Below the pieces are notes generated by a model, which was given only the letters and a program-made list of their open reading frames with translations, did no database searches and was not told the DNA's origin. This document shows positions 38,601 through 51,385 of a stretch of DNA of 64,000 nt, one piece after another. The stretch comes from Diadema antillarum (taxonomy: Eukaryota): the NCBI RefSeq assembly GCF_040938485.1, contig NW_027271200.1, positions 992,001 through 1,056,000 on the forward strand. Reading direction: 5' to 3'. How positions within the stretch are numbered: position 1 is the stretch's first letter; each line of letters begins with the position of its first letter. The translations under genes were made by a program, and so were the position numbers.

Positions 38601-41600
38601 AATATCAGGCAAGTTTGTGTTTACATTGCATTTGAAATTCCTCCAGTGTAATGTCATTTGGTAGAAACTAGTTTTGCAGTGTGTAGTTTTGCCATTTCGT
38701 TTTCTCAGTTTTGTAATTAATGAAAGTCATTTGTATTTCATTCAATTTGGTTGTGTTTTGCAAGAGAGAAACTGCATTGTATATTCTTTACTATGTTTCT
38801 GTTAATGCCTTGTTGTCTATCTTGCACAGGAGAGAGCAACAATGAGAACCTGCAGCTGTTTGGAGAAGGAGTAGGAATCCCAAAGGAGCAGGGTATGTTA
38901 TGAGATATGTTGTGGAAACAGAAAAATGATGTCGACTTAAAGGACAAGTCCACCTTCATAGACATGTGGGTTGAGTGAATGCAGCAATATTAGTAGAACA
39001 CATCAGTGAGAGTTCGAGCAAAATCGGACAGCCCGTTCAAAAGTTATGAATTTTTGAAGTTTCTGCGCAGTCACGGCTGGATGAAAAGACTACTATAGCT
39101 TGTGATGTCACATGAGTACAACGATATAAAGAAAGAATAAAGCAAATTCAATGTATTTCCATTTTTCTCGCATAACAAAAGAACACTCGACTTCTCTCTT
39201 TCAGAAGGCAGGGGGAATGATATTACCCTTAACATACGTCAGTAGCAAGTCGAAGAAATTTGCACTTTATTCAAAAAGTAAAGTTTTGTGAAATTCTCTT
39301 TTTATTTTCCTTATATAGTTGTACGCATGTGACATCATACACTGTAGTAGTCTTCTCATCCAGCAGTGACTGCGCAGATACTTAAAATATTCGTAACTTT
39401 TGAACGTATTGTCCAATTTTCCTCAAACTTTCACTGATGTGTTCTACTAATATTGCTGCATTCTCTCAATCCTTATGTATATGAAGGTGGACTTGTCCTT
39501 TAACTAGGGTAGATAGGATATTAGAATGCATTTTGAAACTGCTGTCTTTTTGTAGCATTAGTTTTTATCAGTTACTGACCTGAATATGAAAGTCTTTGTA
39601 AGTACATATTGAGTTTTTACTTTATCCTTTATTCTGTGATCAGTTCAAGATTGCCCTGTAAAGAGCTGAATCTGTTCGGGATGTTTGTGCTTGCATGTGC
39701 AGTGAGTTTGAAGAGGTAAATACTCTGCTTAAAGTAGGCACATTCAAATGATATTTTCTACTGATAACGGTAAAACACCCTAGTGCTTATAGTGATGATG
39801 TTTTTGTCATTACAGGAATTAATGGTAAAGGAGGTTGAATGAGGGTCTTTTTTTCCTATCTAGTAGGGATATATTTGATGCAGTTCGATTGCCATTGTTA
39901 TCGATGATATCCCAATTCTATTCTAAGCCCAAAGAAATAGTGGAACAACATTATGTACTTTAGATATGCACATTACTGTATAATTCAAGTCTAAATATAT
40001 TCTAAGATATTTAGTCTGCAGATGATTTTATTTATATTGTCAATGTCAATAAGTAAGGTTGTTGATTAGCAAGATACACAGCTTCAGTTCATATGATTTC
40101 TGCAGATTTAAAGATAGTATTCCATGACTATGTGCCATGTTGTCATTATGTTTCTAACAGAGATAACCTCCAAATCGTCATCGGAGCCATCACGCCCCTC
40201 CACCAGCCACAGTAAAGACCCTCTTCAGCAAGGTGAGCAGGAGCAGGATGGGGAAGAGGAACCCCCTCCTAAAGCCCCTACTCCGCAGTTGGCACCAGAA
40301 CCTGCTCCCATCACCAAGCCTGCCTCACCCGTCGTCCATGTCCCCACCCCGCCCACTACCCTAGCCCCCACTGTTGTCACTTCCCATGCTCCAACACCTC
40401 CTCCTCCTAGGGTGCAGTCCGCTGCCAAGAAGAGTGCTGGTGACAAGCCGAAGAAGGCAGAGAAACTGGACCTAAGCAGCCTGCAGTCCATGGTTGCCAA
40501 GAAAAATGAATCTTCTATTCCAAAGGTATCCATTTCACACCATACATGTATGCTGCTTTACTTGCACTGAACTCTTCATTAGTATCTCAATCAATATATG
40601 TATAAAGTGAAGGGGTGGAGTAATTAGAGACTTTATTGTATTATTTTTTTTAGGCAAGGCATTGTTTTAGGCCAAACACAGGACATCCACATTTTGGACC
40701 TTGTACAACAATGACAGCCTTGTGCTCTTAGCTATTGACTTACACTATACAGTGTATGTGACCGTGCATCATAAAACAAACAAAAAGTCGCACCCCTTGA
40801 TTTTACGTGAGGACTCAGGAAAGGTGAAATGGGTCAACCAAGTCAGAAATAAGTTTTCCATATTTTCTGAAAGAGCTATTCTTCTTCTACAATATTCTTG
40901 AGTTCAGGATCATAAATTGAATGGGAAAGTGGGTTTTCAGCAGTTTTTCTACCACCCCTTTTTTGGTAGAGAAGTGCGATCAGGTTTTTCTTAGAGGCTA
41001 CTTTTCATTTCTTGAAAATCCTCTGCATACTCTTTACTTTCAACTCTAATAACGTTTGAAAGGATGATGCTACTGCTTTGAAAGTTGGCATTAATCATGG
41101 ACAGAATGTGTTAATAGAACATGCTCAATTTCAATTTAATCCCAAAATCCCTTCGTTGTTGTTGCTCCAGTGGTTTACATCGTGTTTTTTGTTCCATCAT
41201 AGCACAGGTAGCACGGCTTAGTAAAGATTAAGCGCTTGAATAGACCCTGTACTTCAGAGCCTCTTTTCTCAGTTCCAACTTTTCCAGAGTATAGGCTTTC
41301 TTTCCAATATTTTTATAGGTTAGGAGAATCCATTTAAATTGATTTATACATCATTTTAAAGCTTAGAGTCTGCTCTTTCAGAATCTGTCCTTAACTAAAA
41401 ATCCATGTCTGCGACTTTTTGTTTGTTTTGTGGTGCAGGGTCACATATATTGTTTTAGTAGTCGAGAATGCAGTGCCCACTACAAACAAACAAATTAGTT
41501 TCCCTTCCCCATCTTTTGTTACATCTGAGTGAAGTAAGTTCATTTAGGATGAGAATAATATCCTGCCAAACTCTCAGAACTAGGCCCCTGTCACTACTGG

Positions 41601-44600
41601 GAAATAATTGTTTTTGAATTTGATGTAGATTTACGATGTGTAGCTCAATAGATGTTGGATGTCCAGACATTCTGCCATGTTGGCTTGCTTGTTCGTTTGT
41701 TTGCTTTCTGCAGTCGTAGTTGTGTTGTTGTATATGAAAATGGTGGAAGTTGTATTATCAGGTTGTTCATTACTATGAAGTGCTGCCTGTGCATTGTTCA
41801 ATTTCCACAGCCGGAGAAAACCAAGCCCAGTCCCAAGCCGTCACCCCAGACACCCAGGAAGGCAAGGAAGGGCAAGAAAGGGGGCGGATCCAGCCCTGTT
41901 CACAAGAAGGGAGGAGTGGAGTTCATCGATTCTGGGGGAGCAAGTGCGTATGAAGAGCCGTCCCAGGATGAGATCAATAAGATGATACAGGAGGAGGTGA
42001 GAAAGACTGGGGGATTTTTCAAAGTGAAATTTCACATCAAGTTCAAGTTGATTATGATAGCTTTATAGTAGAATCACACAAATGAGATTGTTGAAGTTTT
42101 ACCAAATTATGCATGTATGGTAAAATGAAGAAATTTGAAGTTTTCACATGTTTTTATACTAATGTTGGTTGTGATCTCATATATAAATCACATGAGGTGA
42201 TAGTATTACTGCTTCTCAAGTCTCCCATTGACCTAAAATGTACATGCAAATACTGTGAAACCAGAAATTTTTGCATGCATTGTTATTTCGCGAGAGCCAA
42301 GATTCACAAAATAGAAATGCATGTCAAAGTTCTTGTCTATGCTATATGCATTTAATGCCAGTAACAACGTGCCCCTAAGTTAAAAAAAAAAAACCGGTGT
42401 GTCTAGTCTTGCTGTAGGACGTAAGTTTTGTGCAAATTACACATAGCTTGCAACATTCTCTATTTCTGCCATGTCTTCTATTGTAGCTTGCTCAACAGTT
42501 GGCTGAAGCAAACATCAATGTAGAAGAGGAAAAGAGGGAAGAACAAGAAGAAGATAAAGGTTAGTTTTCTCACATGGATTTCAGTGACACCAAGGTTGTT
42601 CCATTTCTTTCAACTACATCTGCAAGTGCGGGCCTATGATAGCTCTCAAATGATAAACCAGATGTTATATTTTCATGTTGTTGAAATGTGAAGTGAGCCA
42701 TGAAAAACAATGCTTCGTTCACTTTTAGGAGTTTCGCATTTTAAAACATGCAAAAACTTTGAAATGTCAACAGATGGTAACTTACACACCAAACTTTCAA
42801 CACTTTGAAGCAAATCTAAAATTACAATTTTTCAATAAAATACCTCTGTACAGTTTTTTTTTTCCCTCCATACATTTCTTTGACTCTGTCAGAGTGACAT
42901 GCAGATGATGGCTCACATTCTTGTTTTAGAATGAATGTTAAGCAAAATTTTTGTAAACCAAAATACATCTTGTCAGAGGAATAGGTAGTGCTCAACTGAT
43001 TTATAAATTATGTATTTTGGTCCAAAGTCGAAAGAGTTTCCATTCTCAGGTAATGCACAGATCTACCCGTTTGTTACCTGTATCCATCTTCCATGGCCCA
43101 AATTTAATAAGAGTCTAAATTCTGTGACCTCTAGGTGACCCCAATGACACAGACCGCGCCTCTGTTGCTACAGACGATGAGGCAATTGAGAAGGAGCTGA
43201 AGACCCAGACTCCAAAGGGGACCAAGAAAACCAAGAAGCAGCAGGCCAAAGAGAGGGCTGCCCTCAAGGAGGCTCGCCGATTAGAGAAGCAGGTATGGTC
43301 ACGTTTGCATAGCAACAATGTTATTATCATCATCATCATCATTTACTGTTTCCTTAGGCTATTTGTAATAAATTCACTGACTTCCTTTTCTATGTAATTA
43401 TTATCATGCATATCCTTTTCTACTTCTTGTTCCTTCTTTCCTTGCTGTTCACTTTACATATTTTTGTCAACTCTCTATTCTGAGAGTCTTTATTATTGTA
43501 TAATTCTTATGGTGTTGTTTTTATCTCTTCCATTCTTACTACTTTTAGCACCTTCAGTTCTAAGAGCCATTTTACTTTAGCTCCTGGAGCCATTTTGTTT
43601 GTTTGTTTACCCCTTTATTCGTAGAGTTAAATTGTAAGCTCTTCAATTCCCAAATCTGTTCTATTATCCCCTCTATCTGTCCTTCTTTTTTCTTTTATTC
43701 TCAATTGTAAAAGTCGTTTTAAGAGTCCCTGATTTTTAGAGCCCCTTTGGTAACTATTCAGTACTCACAGCCTCAAGGATTACCCTTTCATAATCTGCCT
43801 GTAAAGGTCTTAAGACTTGTGACCTTAGAGTTTAAGAGCCTTTTGTTTCCTATTCAATTCTCTAAGGTTTGTTTGTTGTTTTTTATAGGCCCTTTTGTTC
43901 ATTGACTCTTTTTTGTTAGTTTTGTTAGCCCTATTATTCTGAAAGCCTTTTCCCCATAAACCCTTCAAGTATGCAGAATCTTTATGCAAATCAATTTTGT
44001 TGTCAGCACATTCTTTAGAAGTTTAATAATTTGTTACTTTCATGGTTGCATGGACTGCAGAGAATTAGTCAGGAAATCCCAGATTTGATCAAAATGGAGA
44101 AAAAAAAAGACATTATTTTATGCAGAGAGTTTCATAAGCAAAATGAAAAATTCAAGAGATGTGACATCACTATGAGAGCAAAGAGTATTTCACTGCATTA
44201 CCACACTGTCTTAAAAGTGAAGAATGTCAAGCTAGTGGAATAAAGTTTGCCTTGTTGCATTGTAATAGTGTGCTTTAATATCCAAACATGTTCTGTATTT
44301 AAATTTGTTTACAAAACAGAGGAGGGAAGAAGAAAAGAAGGCCCTGCTAGAAAAGAGGAAGGCTGCTGAGGAGGAGAAAAGAAGACAGGCATATGAAGAG
44401 GAGCGCAAAAAGATGGTAAGTTTAGAAATCAGCTGTAAGGTCATTTTTGAAATTCCAACAAGAGGATGTTCATTGCAGCTATGAATGACAGCTTGTAAAA
44501 ATTATGATATTTCATATACATTCCCAATCCCCCCCCCCAAAAAAAAAATCAAAATCAAGTTTGGAAACTTACATGTGAAAGTTATCCAGTTAAAACATCA

Positions 44601-47600
44601 CATGCATTGACTATAAAGCATTTAAATTCAATAGGAGCCAATCAAATATTACAATTGCACTCTTTCCTTGGCCTACATGTTGGTAAAATATTGCTAAACT
44701 CTTAGCCATTTTGAATGGAATCTATTGGGATTCCATGACTGACAAATTAGCTGGAAAAAAGAAACCCAGCTTAAAGTGAAAAGGACACTTATTGTAGCGT
44801 GTATTCTGAGTTCTCAACTTGTGCTGAAAACCAGCTGACAAAATATGTATCATTGTGATCGTTTCCCAGGAAATTGAGGAGCAGCTGAAAGAGGCCGAGT
44901 ACCAGGCCAGGCTGGCAGAAGAAGCGGAGGAAGAAGCGAGGCTGATGCTGCAGGAGTCAAGGAGAGCTGCCAGGGAGGAGAGGGAGAAGAAGAGGAAGGA
45001 GGAAATGGAGAAGAAGAAAGAAGAACGAGAGAGGCAGCGTGAAGAACGGAGAAAAATGGTCAGTGCATTCATTCTCAGTAGTAATATTTTGCCGATGAAA
45101 AAAGGTGTATACATGTATCATTCAACACCAGCAATTCATTTGCAAGAAGAGCAGAAGTTGTCAGCGGTTGGTCTCTTATGAATAAAGTGATGCTTTTTGG
45201 GGGGATGTTTGTGTTCAAAAGTCTGTCCTGATTACATTTAATCATCAAATTCCTATCTTGCTCTGTTACCAAATAGTTGGTCCAATCTATGTATGTGTTG
45301 CTGTTTTTTGGTTTGTTTGATCAATCATTGATGGAAATCTGTACTGACCTGGCATTGAATGCAGCTGATGCGTAAGACTTTATTCTCTCTCACCTTCTTC
45401 ACCACAAATACAGGAGGAAGCAGCCAGACAGCGGGAGAGGGAGATGGCGGAACGTCTGGCAGACGCTGCAGAGAGGAGGAGGCTCAGGGAGGAGGCCGAA
45501 TGGGAGGCCGAGGAGCGAGAGCGGGAGGAACGGGAGAGGCGGGAGCGAGAGGAGGATGAGGAGAGACGGAAGATGGAGGAGGAGGAGGAGAGGATCCGGG
45601 AGCTTGAGAGGGAGGTGAGTTTAGAATTGAACCCATGCTCCTCTCCTAAGGGATCGTCTTAACTCATTGAGGACGAGTCCAGAGTATACTTAGGCAAATA
45701 TCCATGGGAAATGCATGTTGCAGCAAAATCAGCCCGCCCTCAATGGGTTAAGGTGGAAGCATGGTGGATGTTTGATATCAGCAATCTTGCTTCATCATGT
45801 TCTATATTAGCAGTGGCCCAGTGGCCTAGCCACTGAAAAATGATGTCGGTCCACCAAATTTCCAAAAAGACTATCTTTTGGTGGCCCGACGAGACACTTA
45901 TGATAGTGAATGGAATGTTATGTTTCCTTTTATTTCGAGCCACTATGTTTCTTTTTCGTGGCCACCACCATTTCAAATTTAAAGATTTTAGTAGTCCAAA
46001 TAGGCCACCATAGAAAAAGGCTAGCGTCTAGCCCTGCCTTTAGCATATACTATATCTCATTTCATCATGTGTTCTCATTTATTAGCGGTTGGCTTTATCA
46101 CCCAATGGAGTATGCAATAGCTGGTTTGTGAACGTGTGCTTGTGCAAGGAGGGGGAGAGATGGTGAGATCATTTCATTATGTCAAAAATGTTCTTGCACA
46201 CTTCTTGTAAAATGCTGCATGATTTATTTATCCATTTTTTAAGGTGATTGGTACGCAGGCATAAATCAAGAAGGCACTAGGGGATCAGTATCAAAGATAT
46301 TGGTGCAAAAAACAGAAGCTTGTGTCATCTTCTCTGCACAACGCTATCACTTCATTGCGTGATGATTGACAATTAAGAAATGATGAGGAAATGCAGCTGG
46401 AATGGCTGGAGAGCTAGATCCGCCATCTACGTATCTTCGGGCCTGTGTGTGTACACCTGTCGTCTTGACTTTCTTTCTTTTCTTTCCATTTTTTCAGGCT
46501 GAGCAGGAAGCGCTGGAGAGACTAGCCAGAGAAAGACGAGAGGCAGAGGCGAAGATGAGGGAGGCCCGGGAGGACGCCGAGAGGCAGAAAGCAGAGGAAG
46601 AGAGGAAAATGTAAGATGATACAAGGGAGCACTCTCTCTTAACCCGTTGAAGACAAGTCCTGAGTATACTCGGGCAGGTGTCTATGGGAAATGGGTGTGA
46701 TTGCAAAATCAGCCTGTCCTCAACGGGTTAACATGGAGATGGTTTGCTGGTCAATGTTGCTCTTCACTCACTATGAGTTGACAAAATCCAGCAGGAGCGA
46801 AGTTGTCATCTTTATAATTCCGTCTTGTTTAAGGTGTGCATCATTTGTAGTTGAATGTTGCACATTGTGTGCAGGCAATTGCTCAACTTGTTTAAATATG
46901 AAAAATGTTACAAGATGATAGGTTCAAAGTTCATAGTGTGAGATTCTTTCAAAGATAACAAGACTTATCTCCAGCCTGTATTCAACTTCGATAGAGAATG
47001 TTGTATTCATATATGCGATGTAATTTGGTTGATTTCCTGAACATGCTTCCTTTCCATTTTCGTTATGTGTAACAATACTCTTCAATGATTAAGGTATAAG
47101 TTACCAGGGTTCTTATAGGATATTATAGTTGTTTGAGGTGGAGTACTCATTGTGGAATCCAAAAGAGAAAACATTCAAATCTCTGTCTTGATTTTCAGGA
47201 GAGAAGAACTGAAGAGATTGGCGGAAGAGGAGGAAAAGCGGCGTCAGAAGGAGCTGGAGGAGCAGAAGAGACGAGAAGAAGAACTTGAGAAGATTAGGAT
47301 GGTAAGGAAGTGAGGGATATACAGGATTTGGGATTAGGTCAGGGAAAGCATAGAAGTAATTTTCTATGTTTCCTGTCACTGAACCCTTTCTGCACCAATG
47401 AGTCAAATGTGCAAAAATTCACACAAATACCTATGGACAATGAATTAATATGGCATGTAGGGAGTTAGACATGGCCTAATGTTCTATTTATTTCCGTCAA
47501 TGTTCATTCATATACATTTCAACTTCGTAGATTCATTATGCTCACTACCCTTCCATATGCACCACTTCAAGGCCTCAGAAGCATCTATGTGTCGATAATT

Positions 47601-48094
47601 CCTCTAAAGAGCATTTTCTTTCTGTTACAGATCTGTTGGAAATTATAATGTTGTATTTCAGAATTTACTAGTTTGTACTTCGTGTGGAATCAAAACTGCA
47701 ATAAGAATCAGAAATAAATATGGTTATCATGTTTCTTGTGGGACTGTATGTTTTTATCGATTGCAATCTTCTTTGATATTTGCAGATCCAACGCATGGAG
47801 GAAGAGGCACGCGACCGCGTGCGACGCAAGCTGGAGAGTCGTCGTCTGTGGGCCTTTCGTCGCCGTGAGCGCAACAACGAGCACCGCGGCCATCTCAATG
47901 GACTGCGCAACACCCAGGGCATGACACGCCCATGGGTCTTCTCCTACTACGTCCATTGGCCGCGGGACACGTACGAAAAGCGGTTGCCATCCAAAGACAA
48001 GAAGAAACGTGGGTTCAGACCTCGCCCCAAGCCCAAGCCACCAGCAGATGGTGCACCCACTCAACCTCCTGCCATTGGTCTTCCCAAGCCCTGA
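32623..48094 (+). CDS. KIAA2012: KIAA2012-like protein (low-complexity S/E/R middle, E/R/K-rich coiled-coil C-terminus), 17 coding exons, about 1327 aa
   Basis: Phase-consistent GT-AG exons 32623-32709, 34213-34782, 35182-35333, 36097-36450, 36878-37715, 38389-38515, 38830-38892, 40161-40525, 41811-41996, 42487-42559, 43135-43292, 44320-44415, 44870-45058, 45414-45614, 46498-46610, 47199-47301 and 47786-48094 total 3984 nt with no internal stop. The motifs LPKTLTTRKGALMLF, DLQTFQKLTNSVLHYG, LQPG..YLK and the terminal GLRNTQGMTRPWVFSYY resemble remembered KIAA2012 motifs. Confidence 0.85.
32796..33461. mobile_element. Non-autonomous DNA transposon, GTGACC..GGTCAC termini, ATAT flanks (superfamily unassigned)
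   Basis: ATAT|GTGACCCGCTACAACA ... TGTTGTAGCGGGTCAC|ATAT. Confidence 0.75.
38941..39499. mobile_element. Non-autonomous Kolobok-type element, same family, in a KIAA2012-like intron
   Basis: TTAA|AGGACAAGTCCACCTTCATA ... TATGAAGGTGGACTTGTCCT|TTAA. Its interior is homologous to 9936-10504. Confidence 0.85.
40758..41444. mobile_element. Non-autonomous DNA transposon with related GTGACC..GGTCAC termini
   Basis: About 33-bp TIR: GTGACCGTGCATCATAAAACAAACAAAAAGTCGC / GCGACTTTTTGTTTGTTTTGTGGTGCAGGGTCAC, with AT-type flanks. Confidence 0.75.
45663..45747. mobile_element. 85-bp piggyBac-type MITE
   Basis: TTAA|CTCATTGAGGAC ... CCCTCAATGGG|TTAA, homologous to 46643-46727. Confidence 0.75.
46643..46727. 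mobile_element. 85-bp piggyBac-type MITE
   Basis: TTAA|CCCGTTGAAGAC ... GTCCTCAACGGG|TTAA. Confidence 0.8.
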
Positions 48095-48788
48095 GAGGTG
48101 TTCCTGCTGTAGCTGGGTGCAGAAGTTATATCAAGTTGTGTTGTTATTCATAACTTTGCAGAATAGAAATCAATTGATAGCACAGTACTGCAAGTTGTGT
48201 TGATGTATGAGCACATTTTCACACTGAGTTATTTTGCAATAGGAGGCAGTTGTTTTCTTCATGCCTTTCGAATCTTGTGTGTTCAGTCTGCTGAGGTAAG
48301 ACAAGGAAATATAATTATCAAACTTAGATTCGTGTGCAAGTCTTTCCAGTTGCAATATGCATCGTGTATTTAGCTTCCTTCATCGTATCTCATATTGTCA
48401 CATTCATGAGACACTTTTATTCAGTCAAGAACAAAAAACATTTATTATTCCAACTTACACTCGCTGTATCATTGTCATTTCCTGCCAAAAACAAATGGCA
48501 AAGAATGAACCAAAAACGTCTATATATGAAGTGCCATTATTCAGTGTATTGATTCTGTACCCATCTTCCCCTCCCCCACCTTAATCTTGACCCTTTGTAC
48601 ACAGTGAATCACATTATTGAGATGATGAGTGCATTGATACCATGTATGGCCTTTATACTTGAACAGTCTACCTTGAGATTCTATTTGCCTTTATCTATTT
48701 ATGTATGTATGTCCATCATATTCAGTGTAAAAATTGTCATGCATATTTTGCAGTAAATGATCACTCTCTGCTAATTGCATTTGCTATA

Positions 48789-49337
48789 CAGTGCACTCCT
48801 GTTACAACGAACACGGTTATAACGAAATTTTGTTATAACAAAGTAAAACTTGTGGTCCCAAAATTATTGCCATTAAAGTCTATGGTACAAAATTCGCTTA
48901 TAACGAACACGGTTATAGCGAAATTTTCATTATAACGAAGTCTTTTCCGAGCACCACTGACAAAGAAAAGCAAAAGAAATGTGCCTCGTTACAACGAAAT
49001 GCTAATCGCTTTCAAATATACGTAGCAGAACAAGGCATTTACAGCGTCTCTGCATGGGCGAACGCGTTACATCACCGTGTGTTCGCTTGGTGTGTCACGC
49101 ACAGTTTCCGAGGGGAACTTGCGTTATTGTAATACAATAATCTGAAATTGATTAACTATTTGTTTGATTGTTCACATAGCTTTCCAGTGTATGACGAGTA
49201 TTCAACAAACAGAATATCATATATGCATGGCTTCCTTGTTTTCGTTATATATTGTATTTGTTCGGTTATAATGAAATTTCGTTATAACGAAAGAAAACTG
49301 CCAGTCCCGAGCATTTCGTTATAACGGGAGTGCACTG
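48789..49337. mobile_element. Tc1/mariner (pogo/Tigger-like) MITE in the KIAA2012-like 3' region
   Basis: TA|CAGTGCACTCCTGTTACAACGAA ... TTCGTTATAACGGGAGTGCACTG|TA, with internal repeated GTTATAACGAA motifs. A decayed relative lies at about 37915-38118. Confidence 0.85.
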
Positions 49338-51093
49338 TAATAAATTCCGTCCTCTCTCTGATGCTATGGAAATGTTTATTACACCAAAACTTTCATGTGC
49401 CTTTTGCTGCTTACATTGCATGATATACCAAAAGAAGTTTCTACATGATTGGTGATAAGTAAATGCAATGTGTAGGTGTGATATCAGCATGAATATATTT
49501 TGTGTGGGACTGTGACTGTTTTATATATGATTGTTTTGTACTACTGCATGGCCTTATTGCTGTGAAATAAGTGCCCATATTACCAAATAAGTAATCCAAA
49601 AAAGAAAATCAGTATGTGAGCTGGAACTCGTGAGATCATGTGATGTTGGTGTAATCGTTGCTGTACAAATCCCAAGCCCCTTTGCAGCTGTTTGTACACG
49701 TGCGTTTTATCATGCTGTAAGACAAGTGGAATTTTGGAATTTGTTCTCTGTAACTTCACTTTATGGAATCTCAAATATCTGCAGCGAGCGCAAAGCTTAT
49801 CTTCATTGACCATGAATCTGTTGCTGACATGGGTACAGTATATCTACATACCACACCTGGTTTTAGAATGAAAGAGACCAATCAGCCATTTTCATCACAT
49901 TCTTATTGAGGTAGTCCATCAGCCTGCACGCAGGAACAAAATTGTAGTTACAGTTCCATGAGCGGGTCAATCTGAAGTCACATCAACACTCAGGGCATTG
50001 AGCACTGCTAGGAAGACTACATGTAGTTTTTTTCTAAGACCACGATGATAGCTATCCCATGACTCTCATCATATCTTCAAATAGTTCTCTTTCACAAGAT
50101 GAACTTTTGCATCTTTGAGCCAATTCATCATCTCTGACTTTATCGGAGGAGAAAGACATGCCGGAGACAGGTGTAGCAGTATGTCGATCTCTGCATATGC
50201 CTCCAGCACTCGGCAAAATGTGACCCCGTGTGTGTACGCAGTTACCCCTTTGAACCAGAGAGTAAGGTCGCCTAACTGATTAGAGTTGCGCAGCAGGTGC
50301 ATTTGGAGGGCGGGGGACTTGTTATCTGTTACCCTTTGCATTCCTGTAGGGATTCCCTCACAATGATGTAAGGCACTCTTGATGTACTGAAAAGTGTGTG
50401 CAATGTATTGCTCAAATGCTCATGGGACATTTTGCGCCCCAGATGGACCAGAAGTGACACGTGTTGTCTCACGTGCATAGAGACATAGATTGAGAACAGT
50501 TAATGTGTTTCTTCTTCTTCATTTTTTTTTTGTCTTCAAGTTGAACTACATTGTGTTCAGATACAAATTGCATGCAGACATATACATAGACACATGAATC
50601 TGCATGTTTTGTCACTTTGATAAAAACTATGATTATATTTCATGTATTCACTTACGAGTATTTTCACTTCAAATAAACAGAAACTATGCTGCAGATTGTG
50701 CCTTGAACATTTAAATGCAATTTCCATCTACATATTTCCCCACATATATGCTAATCTTGAATGCACTAGCAATTTTCTAATGACAAAAGGATTTAAATAA
50801 ATGTGAATAATGTGACAAGAAAAGACCTCAAATATGCATTTGGTATACATGTATACAACCTATGCCACCATCTTTTCATGCACATTTTGAAACTGAGAAT
50901 GATGGTCGATCCAAATATTATGTGAGTAAACCAGTCACAGCAAATTGATCATACACATCCAGCACTTCTGCCAGAACCTTGTTACTATTGAATAAGGTGT
51001 TCTTAACTTGTAAATGTTTGTTTTATTTTCCACTAATGCTGTCAATCATCTCCAATATTGCAGACACTCATTTCTGTTTTTAATTTACCAAAA

Positions 51094-51385
51094 TTCAGTA
51101 ATCATTTTTTTTGTTGTTATGCATAATTTAGTGTATACAATATGTATTTAATTAAGGTATTTTTTGCTATTCACTTGACACAATGAGATTTCAGTAATCA
51201 TTTTTTTTTTGCATAATTTAGTGTATACAATATGTATTTAATTAAGGTATTTTTGCTATTCACTTGACACAATGAGATTTCAGTAATCATTTTTTTGTTG
51301 TTATGCATAATTTAGTGTATACAATATGTATTTAATTAAGATATTTTTTTTGCTATTCACTTGACACAATGAAATGCATTCAGTC
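51094..51385 (+). repeat. AT-rich tandem repeat, 3 units of about 90-100 bp
   Basis: ttcagtaatcatttt..gcataatttagtgtatacaatatg..cacttgacacaatga begins at about 51094, 51190 and 51279. Confidence 0.9.

Noticed and set aside
34341-47406. Many minus-strand ORFs rich in S/L/F overlapping the KIAA2012-like exons
   Set aside because: These are antisense shadows of purine-rich E/R/K-coding exons.
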